A stretch of DNA of 64,000 bases, from contig JAAILG010000161.1 in assembly GCA_012026655.1 (NCBI GenBank), positions 62,001-126,000 of the forward strand. Direction: 5' to 3'. Below the pieces are notes generated by a model. The model was not told the origin of the DNA and ran no database searches. It saw nothing but the letters and a program-made list of their open reading frames with translations. The DNA comes from Hydrolagus affinis. Taxonomy: Eukaryota. Within the stretch, counting starts at the first letter, position 1. Every line of letters begins with the position of its first letter. The position numbers and the translations under genes are program-made. Shown piece by piece: positions 13,966-26,730 of the stretch.

Positions 13966-14244
13966 ATGAGAGACCTGGTTTCAATTCCAGGCAGGGCAAA
14001 ATCTTGGACAAGTTTCCTTAGTCCACATGCTTAATAATAATCTCTTTTTAAAACAGCACAATAAATATTTGGTCACCCAATCTACAACTGTTTGTGAGAC
14101 ACTGCTGTGCATAATTAGCGGCTGTGTTTTGTTCACAAATATTTACTGTTCACTATTTCTCTATTCACTTTACAGTATATTCTGTGAAGTGCTTTGAGAT
14201 GTCGAAGATGTGAAAAGCGCTATATCAAATGCAAGTATTATTGT
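13966..14244 (+). mobile_element. tRNA-derived SINE, head partly lost
   Basis: gagagacctgg...caagtttccttagtccac ... gatgtgaaaagcgctatatcaaatgcaag. Confidence 0.8.
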
Positions 14245-14499
14245 TAAAACACAATATAGGGGTGTAGATGCATTTAATATTGCACTCTACATACAAATAG
14301 GGGTCTCCTCATGAATATTTGTCTTACAAGCCATAAATTACATATATGAGAAGTCTCGCAGCTTGGTATGGTTGGGTTTCACAACAGGGACTGTGATTAG
14401 TTTCTGTCCTGTTATGTTTTGTGGAATTATTGTTGTTGGAAACCACTTAGGCTCAAGTAAGCTATTTGCATTCAATTGTCTTCTTACCCTAAGAACCAT

Positions 14500-15620
14500 A
14501 TTAGCTTCAGACCTAAGATGAGGATGGGGGAGGAAGGGAGGGGGTTAGGAGTTGCTGATGGGTCCATCGAAGAGGAGAGTCTTGAGGTGAGACAAGAAGG
14601 AGGCCAGGGAGCAGGTGAGGTGGAGGGGCTGCGGGATGGAGTTCCAGAGGTTGGGGGCAGAGTGGCTAAAGGCTCACCTGCCAATGGTGGGGCAGGTGGG
14701 TCAGGGGACATGGAGCAGGCCAGAGCCTGCTGAGCGGAGGGGCGGGCAGGTTGGTAAGGGGTTACAAGGTCACGGATGTAGGGTGGGGTGAGGTTGTGGA
14801 GGGCTTTAAATGTGAGGACCAGGATCTTGAATTGGATCCTCTGGATGATGGGGAGCCAATTGAGTCGAAGGAGGATGCGGAGATGGGATCACGGAGCTTG
14901 GAATGGCAGAGGACACGGGCTGCAGAGTTCTGGATTATATGCAGCCTGTGGAGGGAGGAATTTGGAAGGCCGACAAGCAGGGCATTTGCATAATTGAGCA
15001 GGGATTTAATGAAGGTGTGAATGAGGGTTTCAGCGGCTTTGGGGGAGAGGTACTGGTGGAGTCGGGCAATGTTGTGGAGATGGGGAAAGGCAGAGCGAGT
15101 CATTGCTTGGCTGTGGGGGAGGAAAGACAGTTGAGGGTTGAACAAGACACCTAGGTTCCTGACTGGCTTGGTGAGGTTGAGTGGACAATCATGGAGGTTG
15201 ATGCTGAAAGTACCTGATGTATGAAGGCACTGGCGCGAGCCAATCAGTGAGGCCTCTGTCTTGTTGACATTCAACTGTAGAAAGTTAGCTCTCATCCAGG
15301 ACTTCATGTCTGACAGACAGCCTGTTAAGACAGTGGTAATCCTGGAGTCAAGATAGAGGGCAGAGAGAGAGATGGATGTCATCCGCATACTTGTGAAAGT
15401 TAACCCTGTGTCTGTGGATGACGTCACTAAGTGGGAGCATGCAGATGTTGAAAAGTAAGGGGCCAAGGACAGATCCCTGGGGGACGTCACAGGTGACAGT
15501 GCGGGGGCTGGAAGAGAAGCCGTTGGTGGTGAACAGAGTTTAGGCAATGAGAGAGGTAGCAGTCGAACCAGTCAAAAGCAGATCCAAGGAGATAGAGGGA
15601 GGAGAGGCAGTGTTGGAGGT
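14500..15620 (-). mobile_element. L2 LINE RT/C-terminal fragment
   Basis: ORF 14762-15547(-): CLSDMKSWMRANFLQLNVNKTE...VRNLGVLF...NIARL; frameshifted and decayed. Confidence 0.9.
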
Positions 15621-15659
15621 GGTGTAACACACACTAGAATCTAAGAAACAGTTAATACA

Positions 15660-15770
15660 ACAATAATAAAAATAATAACAATCCTTGCATTTGTTATAGT
15701 GCCTTGTCACATATTCTAGATGTCTCAAAGCGCTTCACAGAATATATTGTAAAGTGTAGTGACTGTGTTT
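15660..15770 (-). mobile_element. SINE 3' fragment
   Basis: aatccttgcatttg...gtctcaaagcgcttcacagaatata. Confidence 0.7.
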
Positions 15771-16002
15771 TGCCCTTGCCTTCTGCGGATAACAGACTTA
15801 GTAGGACAGCCAATCAGCTATGAAATGAAATGATTATCCAATAAAGGTTATAAATATAATAGTAGATTTAATTATATCATCAATAGAGACAATGAATTTG
15901 AATAGGTGCAAAGAGTTATAAATTGTGTTAGATTGTTGTCTTAGCTATAAATAATCGAGTACAGAAAGCATCTATAGAATATAGCACAGATGACCCAGTA
16001 TA

Positions 16003-16210
16003 AAATCAGAAGTCAATGAGAACACTCAGCAAGTCAGTCAGTAGCTATGGAGAAAGGAAAGTGAGTCAAAGTTTCTGGATCACCATACTTCATCAGAACT
16101 GAGTTCTGACCTAAAACGTTGATTCACTATCCTTTCTCCACAGGTGCTGCCTGACCCACTGAGTGTTTTTGTTTCAGATTTCCAGCATCTGCAGTATTTT
16201 GCGTTTTGTT
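16003..16210. mobile_element. Palindromic Penelope-type short element, degenerate
   Basis: Inverted arms cactcagcaagtcag..tggagaaaggaaagtgagtca / tgattcactatcctttctcca..ctgacccactgagtg, plus tail ttcagatttccagcatctgcagtattttg. Homologous to 50037 and 51530. Confidence 0.65.
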
Positions 16211-16346
16211 TAGAATAAAATGAGTTTGAATACTGACTGCATTTTTCTTAGTTTTTTGCCACAATTCATAATATTATGACTACAATATTAGATACTATTA
16301 GAAACCATTGTGGTGCATAACAAAAAGATTTTTGAGGCTGATATGT

Positions 16347-16711
16347 GGAGTCCTGTAGCTCAGTGGTTGGAGCACTCACCTTGCAAGTGAGAGAACCTGG
16401 GTTAAATTCCTGGGAAGCTGAAACCTTGGGCAAGTTTGCTTTAGCTCAGTGATTAGAGCACACGCCTTACAAGAATGAGACATGTGTTCGAATCCAGGCA
16501 GGTCAGGGCGAAACCTTAGGCAAGTTTCCTTACTCCACGTGCCTAATAATTATCCCTCCAAAAAAACACAATAATAAAATTGGTTATTTCAGTCCACGAC
16601 TGTTTGTGGGATACTGCTGTGCGCAATTGGCTGTCTCGTTTCGCCCACAAATATATGGTCATCGAACACAGGTCTCACGCTTGTAAGGTGAGTGCTCTAA
16701 CCACTGAGCTC
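16347..16711 (+). mobile_element. Composite SINE: head + head/body + inverted head
   Basis: Head 16347-16440, second head from 16442 with body to 16660, then a reverse-complement head at 16662-16711. Confidence 0.8.
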
Positions 16712-19531
16712 CACTTGGCTAGAAAGGACAGTTGAGGGTCAAACAAGATGCTCAGGTTCGTTGCATTTGACATGTATCTACTACCATCAGCTTCTTCACT
16801 TATCTTAAATATTAGTGGGATTGTGTAGGTTATTATTATGAGTATTATTATTATACGTGTATGTTTGGAATTAAGTGTTTTGTGTGCTCTTCAGAAAGGA
16901 AATTCTTGGTATTATCATCTGTGTCATTGGAATTAGTTGTGGCACACATTCATTGCATGTTCATACAGTATTGTGTGCATTCTCATAAAACATTTAGCAT
17001 TGTATGACCATTTCTACTGCAGGAAGTGATTAGGACCAGCTAATATTTGTGGAGGAAATGTATCTGTTCATTCCTGGTAACATTATTAATGTTAGATGAG
17101 AGCTGTCTATATGTTCTTTAAAAAACAGGAATGTTAGAAATGCACAGTAGGTCAATCAACATCTGAAATAACAGATTAATATTTAAATGTACTCATTACT
17201 ACTTATTATCGATTACATCTTATTTGTTCCATTAACCATATTCAAGTAAATTTCAGTTGTCCTACTCTATTGCTCTAGTTTTCAACTTCCACAGTTCAGC
17301 TCAGCACATTTCAATCCAGCAGCAAGCCATGGACTGCTAAGCATCTTACATGTTGTGTGATGCATTTCAGAATAACTGCAGGTGCTCCTGCAGCAACAGT
17401 GAATTCTAACACTTTCCCCATGGGATCGCTGGCAAACTTGCAAGAAATGTGTTCCAAATTCCAATCTCACAGTTGACACAAAGTCAGTGCTTGAATAGGC
17501 AGCCAGCTCAAGTGAGCAACCGGTTGGAATGAACTTAGTACAAGAAAACTTCCAGTATAACATCATCTATATCGGCCTTGGTGATGTAACTGTATATTGG
17601 GTAGATAAATGTCTACTATATCTGAGGAAATACATCTCGTGCTTTCCCAACCACTGCCTTCCAAATTGCCGGATTTTATTTTCTATTTGTATAGTACAGT
17701 ATTAGAATTTAAGAATCTTCAAGTCACAAAATTCCCATAGCCAACAAAGTGAGTTACTGAAGTGCAAAAGAGAATTGTGTTCACTTTAATCAGCTGCCAC
17801 ATTATTTGTGTTCCACTTCACGTGTGTGGTGTTGGTAATAGAGTAGGTTCACCAGCATCGCACGTAAGTAAATGTTTGCATTCTGGTTCAATGTTATTTT
17901 GTTTGTTTGAGAATTTCAGGCTGTGTTGATAAGAGAAAGCTCAAGCATTATTTTAATAATCTGTTCTTTTCCCCCACCCCACCCACCCTCACCCACACAC
18001 TGTCAATGTTTTCCCTCACTGGAGGTTAGAAATCAGAAATGAAAATGAATGTTTCGGGTGAAAGAACACTTTGTTTAGTTTGAACTGCGGAGTTCTACAA
18101 ACTACAAAGTAGTGTCACTCTCTTCAACCTGTGTATAAGAAATAACATTCCAATCACTTCGACATTTCCTGTCAGAGGTTTGACAGCAAAGGGCGGCAAA
18201 ACACACTATGAAGTCTGTTGCTTTTCATAACTTACTCCATAAACAAGCTACACACTGAACAAATCAATCGGATGTTGATCCTTTGAGATGGGGCTCATTG
18301 AAACCAATTCACCAGTGAGATAGAATTGTGGCACGGAGTGCATCTCTCGCTTTCAATTGGTTTTACGTCATGAAATTGTGCATTTCAAAAGCTCCATCAA
18401 ATTGCATTGTGTGATATGTCAATATGGTGTTGTTGAGGCAACTTTTAAAATTATCGACTTTGACAATTCGGGCCTAACCATTCTGTCAAAGATTGTGGGA
18501 GGGGCAATTTTACAAAATACTTTGCTTGCTCCTTCTCATCGTTGCAGAGTAGCAAACTGAAAGGAGATCCTATCAATCAGCACTCAAACAACAGCACTCA
18601 AACAGCAAGCACTCAAAAACACATCTGGGAATTATTGCAGTTGCCACAATGTCAGCAATCCATGATGGACATTTTTAATACTGTAGTAGATTTCAGGTCA
18701 AACCATTGTGCTGAATTTGGCGCAGGGGGAAAAGGTCTTATTCCTAAATTTGTCAAAGGATAAAGAAGGGTTTGGATGAAAAATTTCAGTCAGTCAGTAA
18801 TTCCCCTCTTAAATAAGCATCAGGAATGGTAGAGTGAGGTTTAGGAATGCTGCATTTTTGCCACCACTAGTCTGGGAATTTTCACTGGGAATATGATTTA
18901 GCTTCCAATGTAATTATTGGAATTACACGGCATCAGCTGACAATTGTATTGACCATGAATGAAACTGGAAAATAAGCCTTTAAAACTGCTTAAGTTTTCC
19001 AAATATGGATTTTGAAAATATTCCAACCAAAATCTTTCATCCAACTAACTAATGATCTGATTTATTAAACTCCATGTTACACCTTTAAAATCAATGTGAT
19101 TAGAGCCACAGAGTCAACATAATTATGCCTAGGTCCATACTTAGCATCTGTGTTGCTTCACAAAGCTTTTCTCCCTGAGATTTTTAAAATTAATTTGCTC
19201 ACTGTCAGAAAGTTGCACATTCTGCAAGTTAACAGAATAGTATAAACAAAATTCTAATTATAAATGGCCTAGTTTTTCAAATATTCAATAAAAATAATCC
19301 AAGTGACAATTTAAATTGAAATGTCTGCATCCTTAATAGCTACTGGTTTTTCAATAATATCGCTGAGGTGGTGCTGTGTATAAGTGCCACAAATTAAATA
19401 GCCAAATGGGAGAAAAGACAGGTGCGTATTTTATTGATAATCACAAAGAAACTACCCCAACCGACAATATGCGGAACTTTCCACGTTCATGGAGTACTTC
19501 TTTAAGCGCTCCAAGATGCTGTCCCGCTTGA

Positions 19532-21060
19532 ATAACAACAATAAAATTACATTTATTAGAGTGCTTTTCACATTGGGAGGACATCCCAAGGTGCTGAACA
19601 GTGAAGGGTCAGGACAACAACAATAACAACAACACAACTTCGATTTATATAGCGCCCTCCATGCCAGACGGCGTCTCAGAGCGCTTCACCTGAGCATGGG
19701 GAGGGGAGTGAGGGCAGGGTTGGGATGAGGGAGGGCAAAAAGGTAGGAGGACGGTTGAAGGCACGGTCGAGAAGAAGGGTCTAGAGACCGGCCTTGAAGG
19801 AGGCAAGGGAGGCAGCAAGATGCAGGGACTGTGAAATGGAGTTCCAAAGTGTGGGGGCAGAGAGGCAGTAATCCCGGCCACCGATGGTAAGTTACTGAAT
19901 GGAGGGAACAGACAGGTTGATAAAGAGTCACAAGGTCAGAGAGGGCCTTGAGAGTGAGGATGCAGATCTTGAATTCAATCCTCTGAGGGATGGGGAGCCA
20001 GTGAAACCAGGCGAGTGTGGGGGTGATGGGTTTCTGGAGCCTGGTGTGGGAGAGGTCACATGCTGAAGAGTTTTGGATGACCTTCAGCTTGTGGTGGGAA
20101 GAGCTGGGGAGTCTGATAAGGAGGGAGTTGTTGTAATCGAGCCTTGAGGTGACAAACTCGTGTGTAAGAGATTCAGCGGCCTGAGGCAGTGACGGAGACA
20201 GGCAATGTTGCTGTGGTGGTGGATTGCAGTGATTGTCATGGCACAGATATGGGGGAGAAAGGACAGTTAAGGGTCAAACAAGACACCCAGGTTCCTGACT
20301 GGCTTGGTTAGATGGACCGTGGATGTGGATGGTGCCAGTGCCTGATTTTAGGAGGCACTGGTGCGAGCCAATCAGTCTTTGTCTCTCATCCACATTGTCT
20401 CCCATCCACTGCTTGATATATAACAGGCAGTCTGTCAGGATGTCAGTAGTCCTGGAATTGAGGGTGGAGGCAGAGTGATAGTTGGGTGTCATCTGCATAT
20501 CTGTGAAAATTTATCTCAGGTCTGCGGATGATGTCACCAAAGGGGAGGATATTGAGGTTGAAGAGGAGGAGACCAAGGACAGAACCCTGAGGAACCACAC
20601 AAGATGGTGCAGGGGCTTGAAGATAAACCATTGGCGGAGACAATGTGGAGATGGTGTGAGAAGTAGGACCTGAATCAGCCAAGGGCAGAAACTTGAAGGT
20701 TGAAGTGAGAGGAGAGGCGATGGAGGAGGATTGAGTGGTGCACGGTGCCAGAGGCAGCAGAGAGGTCGATGGGTATGAGGAGGCAGAAGGAGCCTTGGTC
20801 ACGGATGGACAGGATGTCATTTGTGACCTTGACCAGAGCAGTTTCCGTGTTGTGAGCATTCCGGAAACCCGATTGAAGGGCCTCTTGGAGGATATAGGAG
20901 GAGTGGAAAGAACGAAGCTGGGAAGCAATGACTCTTTCAGGGATCTTGAAAAGAAAAGAGAAGTTGGAGATGGGCTAGTAATTGGAAAGCAGGGATGCAT
21001 CCAGGGTAGGTTTCTTCATTGACAGATTGTGGCTGTTTTGAGGGGGATGGGAACGGTACA
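19532..21060 (-). mobile_element. L2 LINE 3' ~1.5 kb (RT region), with a nested family-B tail at 19615-19689
   Basis: ORF 20443-21000(-) contains [12 protein letters not shown] and YADDTQL (RT motifs); (aac)n tail at the low-coordinate end. Confidence 0.9.
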
Positions 21061-21462
21061 GTTGACGACCGTTATATGAATGCAAGTTGTTGTTGTGTAA
21101 TGCAACCAAACCTTAGCTGTCAGCAATCTGTGCCTCATCTGAAACCAATAGTGTAATAGGATGGTTGCATGCACAGACCCAATTTCAAAAGTGGGCTATG
21201 CAGTTCAGTTTACTCGGGGATATTTTGAAACTTGGATCTCTCTTCCTTTTTGATCTGAAAGGGCAATAAGCAGAAATAACAAAATATCTTTTCCTTTAAC
21301 TGATCTCAGCTACTTAATCTTTACATGAACAGGTTGTGATGTATGTTCAAAAACCACTTTGGCCTCCAAGGAAAGGATGGTCTCTTGTGGAAGTATAGTG
21401 TGCTTGCAGAAAACAAATTGTTGACTGATTGATTATTGTGTTCTGTTGCTGTTTCCATGCAG

Positions 21463-21579
21463 GAAAGACTTGCCAGCCCAATCAGTTTTCCTGCACCAGT
21501 GGACGGTGTATCCCAATGTCATGGGTTTGTGACTTGGAAGATGATTGCGGAGACCGATCTGATGAAACTGTATCATGCG
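21463..21579 (+). CDS. LRP1B: LRP1B-like exon (~18): LDLa repeat CR5
   Basis: catgcag| ... |gttagt. Translates [38 protein letters not shown]. Confidence 0.94.
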
Positions 21580-24500
21580 GTTAGTGGCAGCTTACTGTGA
21601 CAATATCCATTATGATCGTTTAGGGTGCTCAGTATATCATTGTATCTTATTTTATGAACTAATCAACTTTTTAGTTTTTGAATACTTGGGGAAGGTTTTG
21701 GGGAAATGGTTTAACTCGTTCTTGGCATCTGGGCCCCAGTTACCAGGGCTAGAACTTATTGTCCGTCCCTTTGTTGCCTCAAAAAGAAAGTGGTGGTTGG
21801 TCATTTCTTTAAACTACTGCATTCAATCTGGCATTGGTTCATCCCCAATAGTGTTCAGTTTTGATCACAGCAAAATGAACAGTGATAATTTGTACAGGGA
21901 TGTGTGCCTTGGAGTTGAACCTTAAAGAGTTGTGGTTCCCATGATGATATTTAACTGCTCGGTGAAGTAAAGTCAAATCTGACATAGATATGGAATGGGT
22001 CATAACATATCTGTTCTTCTGAGGAAAATAGTTGCTAGAATAAACTGAGTTGAAAGATGCCTCGCACAATTTATTGCATGCCCATCAATTTAAGCAAATA
22101 ATGGCTTACTGATAATGGCTTCTGACTTACCATACATAATACCTGTGCAGCTGTTGGAAGATTAATACTAACCTGAGCCAAAGAGTGTAAATGCTTTACT
22201 GAACGTTTATTTTTTAACAAAGGTAAAAATTTATCTCAATATCATTAGAATTGCTGCAGAAGTTTAATTTATGTCATCAAGACTTGTAGATATAATCGTG
22301 GCTGAGAATGAAAGGGAAGTGCAACTGTTGTTTCAGAGGCCGTTGCATCAATCCTGAAACAAAGGATGTTCATATGAGTAATTGCATGCAGATAAAAAAA
22401 AACATCCATGAGGATATTTTGTTTTAATCTACATAAAAAATCATGGAGTGTGAAAAGCAATCAATTTGAATCATTATGGAAACGTGTAAAAATGGAGACC
22501 TTTTAGCCTCTCAAAACTAATGCACCACCAGTCTTTTGTAATTTATATCAGTGGTAAGAATTATATTAGGAGATGTTGTGGGCCATTCACTGATGATCAC
22601 AGACTGAGATCTCAGACTACGCTTAGCTCTTTGCAACCTTGCTTCTGGCAGTAAGGAATGGGAAGTGCGTAAGGGTAGTGCACACTTAAGGGTGATGAAC
22701 ATTCTCCAGAAATATTTCTCCAGGAATTAGTACTGTATTTCTGTTGGTCTGAATCATTTAAGTAGCTGGATGTTGTGATGGGATGATGGTAGCTAGGGTA
22801 GGTATTCTGCACCGATGAGACCTGATGTCCAGAAGGTCCTTTTTCATCCAAAACAGTCTTATGATCATGTAATTTAGAAAGATATTGTAGAATGTTTAAA
22901 TTTCTTAATATAGCGAATTTCAATGGTAATTTAATTACACATATTAGAGTATGAAGGGTTCAAAATGAACAAAAACAATTCTTGAGTGTATATATTAACA
23001 TCATTGTTTGTGTTATGCCTATAAAGTTGTGCGTTTGGCAAGGAAAGAATAGCCACAAAAAAGATGTGCTCATTGGGCCATATCGGAACTACATTTTGTC
23101 CTTGTAATTTTAGTGGTAATTTACAAGAGTACATCTGCTGGTATTTTGTTAGCCTACAGAGATATCATGGGATGTAATAAATCAAATGACAACATCACGG
23201 ACATAATCCCACCAGAGGAAAACAAATCTACAGAGGAAAGGAGTTAAAATGAAATTGGTGTAGTTTGGTTGCCTCAGGCAGTTATGGGAATAACCACCTG
23301 AGGATAGACAGACACCAAACATATAGCATTATTTGTGTTCTCCTACATGTCAAATCCTGGAGGTTGCTTTGTGGTCTGGAATGTACTGTATAATCAAAAT
23401 TCAGAATGAAACAAGGAATGTATTGGTCGGAGTTTATTGGTGCAGGTGCAAAGGATAAATAGCTCTGCCTGGATCATTTGACTCAAAATGAACTAACACA
23501 GGGCATTAATCCGAAGCCAGAATTACATAGCTAAACAGCATCCTACAGCTCACATTACTTATAAAACACATTGAACCATCAGCTGGACAGGTCAGTCCAT
23601 TTCTGATATTTGTCTGTTCTAATGGGTTTGATTTAAGCCCTGACAAATTCAGCCTCAAGCATGATTAAAGATGAGAAGATTATTTCAGTACCAAAAACCA
23701 CCCCCCCACCCACCAACCCCCACCACCCATCACCATCACTATATACAGAACAGTGAATGTTTAGAAATATTTCCAGGAAAAAAAGATAATGCTGTTAATT
23801 ATCTCTGTTATATACAGTAGTTGGATAAAGACTACATTTGCCTCACAATTTAACTTCAATATGAAAATAGGATGAATAGACAGAGGTCAAACATTCTTGA
23901 CACTGGAACCATGTTCAAATCTTTATATTGAATTATACAGGTTTTAAAGTTGTATAGGTATTATAAAGCTTTCGCATGATTACCTGCAGGGTCCGCAAAG
24001 AGATGAAACAGAATTTTCCTCCAGGAAATAAAATACGAGTGGTAGAGTTCAAATTTAAGACAATTTCAATGTGATCAGAGGCAGGACTGAGTTTAATGGA
24101 GTAAATGGCCTTGTTTTATTTCATGCATATCATTTTCCTATTTTATGCCATCTGTTGAAACCCAGTTTAATCCTTTGAGAAATCCTGTGACTAGAATTGA
24201 ATAGTCACAGGATTATTTAAATTCAGACTATATTTTGTAGAAGAGATATTCAAAACCCCTGGAACTCACATGGAAACTAAATCCAATATTGATTGCAACC
24301 ACAGAAAAAACTTTACCACTAATCCTACCATCATTTGTGTCAACCCTTTTCTATAAATAGGATTTGATTTCACTACATCTGGGTTCTTTTCATTAATTCT
24401 ACTGTTTATCACCCTTCTCCAACTACCAGAAAAGAAAGTAATTTTTACTCATTCAGCATTTAATGTAATCGTAGGTTCTGGATTCTTGGTAGCAAACCAG

Positions 24501-24879
24501 CAAACAATACAATTTGTTTTCCTCTCATGTCTGAACAGGAAATGCAGAATGGTGACTATTTTCAAGCACATTTTTAATTAGCAGAGATTGTTACATCAAC
24601 TGGAATAGTGTTTCACTTTAAACAATTATCTGTTATCTCTTGCTTGGGAACAGTTTTCCAATCGGCACAGTAGCAATTGCAACCAATATTGCAAAAATAT
24701 AAACAATTCCTGTGTGGAAGGTGCATGTAGAGGTGCATGTGAACATCTTGATTATCATGGGTGGCTGCCTCTCGCACCAATGTAGCAATAAGTGTCATAA
24801 GGGCAACATGATGTCATTTTCTGTTTGCTGAATATGCACAAAGCAGCAAAATTTGAGGCTGCCTTCCCCCATCAAGTCA

Positions 24880-25637
24880 AGTGGAGAGCACTCACCTCGG
24901 AAGTGAGAGGCCCTGGGTTTGATTCCTAGGCAGGGAGAAACGTTGGGCATTTTGCCTTACTCCACACACCCATGTTCACCTAGCAGTAAGTAGGAACACG
25001 GTTGTTAGTCGAATGGCGGGTCGCTTTTCTGCGGGTAATAATCCACTGGCTCCCCATCCCTCAGAGGATTGAATTCAACTCATCCTCAATTTCAAGACCC
25101 TCCATGGCCTTGCCCCCCTACCTCTCTGTTCTGCTGACCCCCTGTCCGCTCCCTCCTTTAAGCAGATTTGGGCCTGCCCCATGTCTCCCACCCAACCCGC
25201 CGTACCATCAGTGGCCGAGCTTTCAGCCTCTCTGCCCCTATGCTTTGGAAATTTATCCCACAATCCCTTTGCCTTGCTCCCTCCTTTACCTCGTTCAAGT
25301 CTAGCCTCGAGACCCTCCTCTTCGAGCGTGCCTTAAGCTGCTGTCCTACCACTCTGCCCTCCCTCATCCAAACCCCCCCAGCCCCATGCTCGGATCCTGA
25401 CCCCTGATTGTCCAGAGCCTTGGGATGTCCTCCCGACATGAAAGGCGCTCTACAAATGTAATTTTGTTGTTGCTAATCCACAACTGTTTGTGGGACACTG
25501 GTATGCTCAATTGGCTGCTGTGTTTCGCCCACAAAAGATACAGTCAATTTACTTTACAGTATATTCTGTGAAACACTTCAAGAAGTACAGAAGATGTGAT
25601 AAGACGCTGTATTAACTACAAGGATTATTATTATTAT
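24880..25637 (+). mobile_element. Long-variant SINE interrupted by an L2 3' fragment (25045-25473)
   Basis: SINE head and central part to 25044, L2 (HWLPIPQRIEF...GRAFSLSAP...(gtt)n), then the SINE body and tail resume at aatccacaactgtttgtgggacac. Confidence 0.85.
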
Positions 25638-26609
25638 CAACACCACTCCAACCCATTTGGTTTTCAGGCACTTTGACTCCCCTGACACACACTTTCTAAA
25701 ACTCCAACTGAATCTCTCCATCTCCCATACACTGTTGAGGTGCCAGGTCTGGTACTGGCTCATTGAAGCACTTTGAGATATAATGTATGTCTGAAATGCA
25801 GGACGTTGCTTACATAAACATTAGATTGCTAGATTCAAAATTAAGATATTGCAGTTCATATTTAATACAAACTGAGTAGGAATAGTCATATGGTGGAAAG
25901 GGGTCATTTTCTGTGCTCAAATCATGAATGTGTACAGATTTGTGTACAGCACCACCTTGAATATGTATGCCACATTCCCCATCACAATAATCAATACAGA
26001 AGTATAGACAAGATAAAGAAATGCTTAAAATTCAAATTAACAGAAAACTCTAGTGGTACATCTTTGATGGAAAATTGCATGAATTTTCTAGCCAGATTAC
26101 ACTTACTCTTTTATGTTTTTAATATGTTCCTGATAGTCTGTTGAGATGATATTTCTCCAATTAACATCTGTTTGCAAGGTGAGGGTGAAAGTGTGACTTT
26201 TGTTGTCACAATTATCAGCGGCGATGTTATCACATTAATGGAATTTGTCAATTTTCCAGCTAATGACTGATGGATACCCCTTGACTTTTTGAAAGTGGGT
26301 GTACTATGGTCATTGATCTGATGCCCATAGCCTTACTACATGCACATTTCAGCCAAAATGTTAAATAAGGCAATTTTCCCATTAAAAGATAACTTTCTCA
26401 ACAGGGAACCCATGTTCAGTGCCTTGGTATGTCCTCTAGACTTGAAAGGCACTATACAAATATAATTTCTTGTTGTTGTTGCTGTGGATCGCAAGATTTC
26501 AGTGCCAATTTGAGGAACATTGGCCTAACTCAACTTTCAAATCAGGCTCAGCTGGAATCATGGGTTACTTTGTGCTCAAACACTTCCCAATCTAGTTTCA
26601 CTGTAGCTG

Positions 26610-26730
26610 AGAGGATTAAGGGATGGCTTGATAGAACTCTTCAAGATAATGAAGGGTTATGATAGGGCAATTACTAGTAGATTACTTCCACTGTTGCAGG
26701 TCAGTAGGTAGAGGGCGCAAATTAATAATA
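26610..26730 (+). mobile_element. CR1 LINE fragment, decayed
   Basis: gaggattaagggatggcttgatagaactcttcaagataatgaagggttatgatagg resembles the CR1 RRLRGDLIEVFKIMKGFD region. Confidence 0.55.

Noticed and set aside
14762-15547. 261-aa ORF as a nested host gene or active reverse transcriptase
   Set aside because: It is a frameshifted, 5'-truncated L2 ORF2 remnant with no intact catalytic motif in frame.
16347-16420. tRNA gene (Ala/Val-like) suggested by A/B boxes and an anticodon-like loop; likewise at 8284, 9116, 42828 and 54465
   Set aside because: There is no 3' acceptor-stem strand, and each runs straight into SINE body sequence. These are SINE heads.
23698-23740. C-rich tract (possible G-quadruplex on the minus strand)
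   Set aside because: Short low-complexity run, common in such genomes, with no supporting context.
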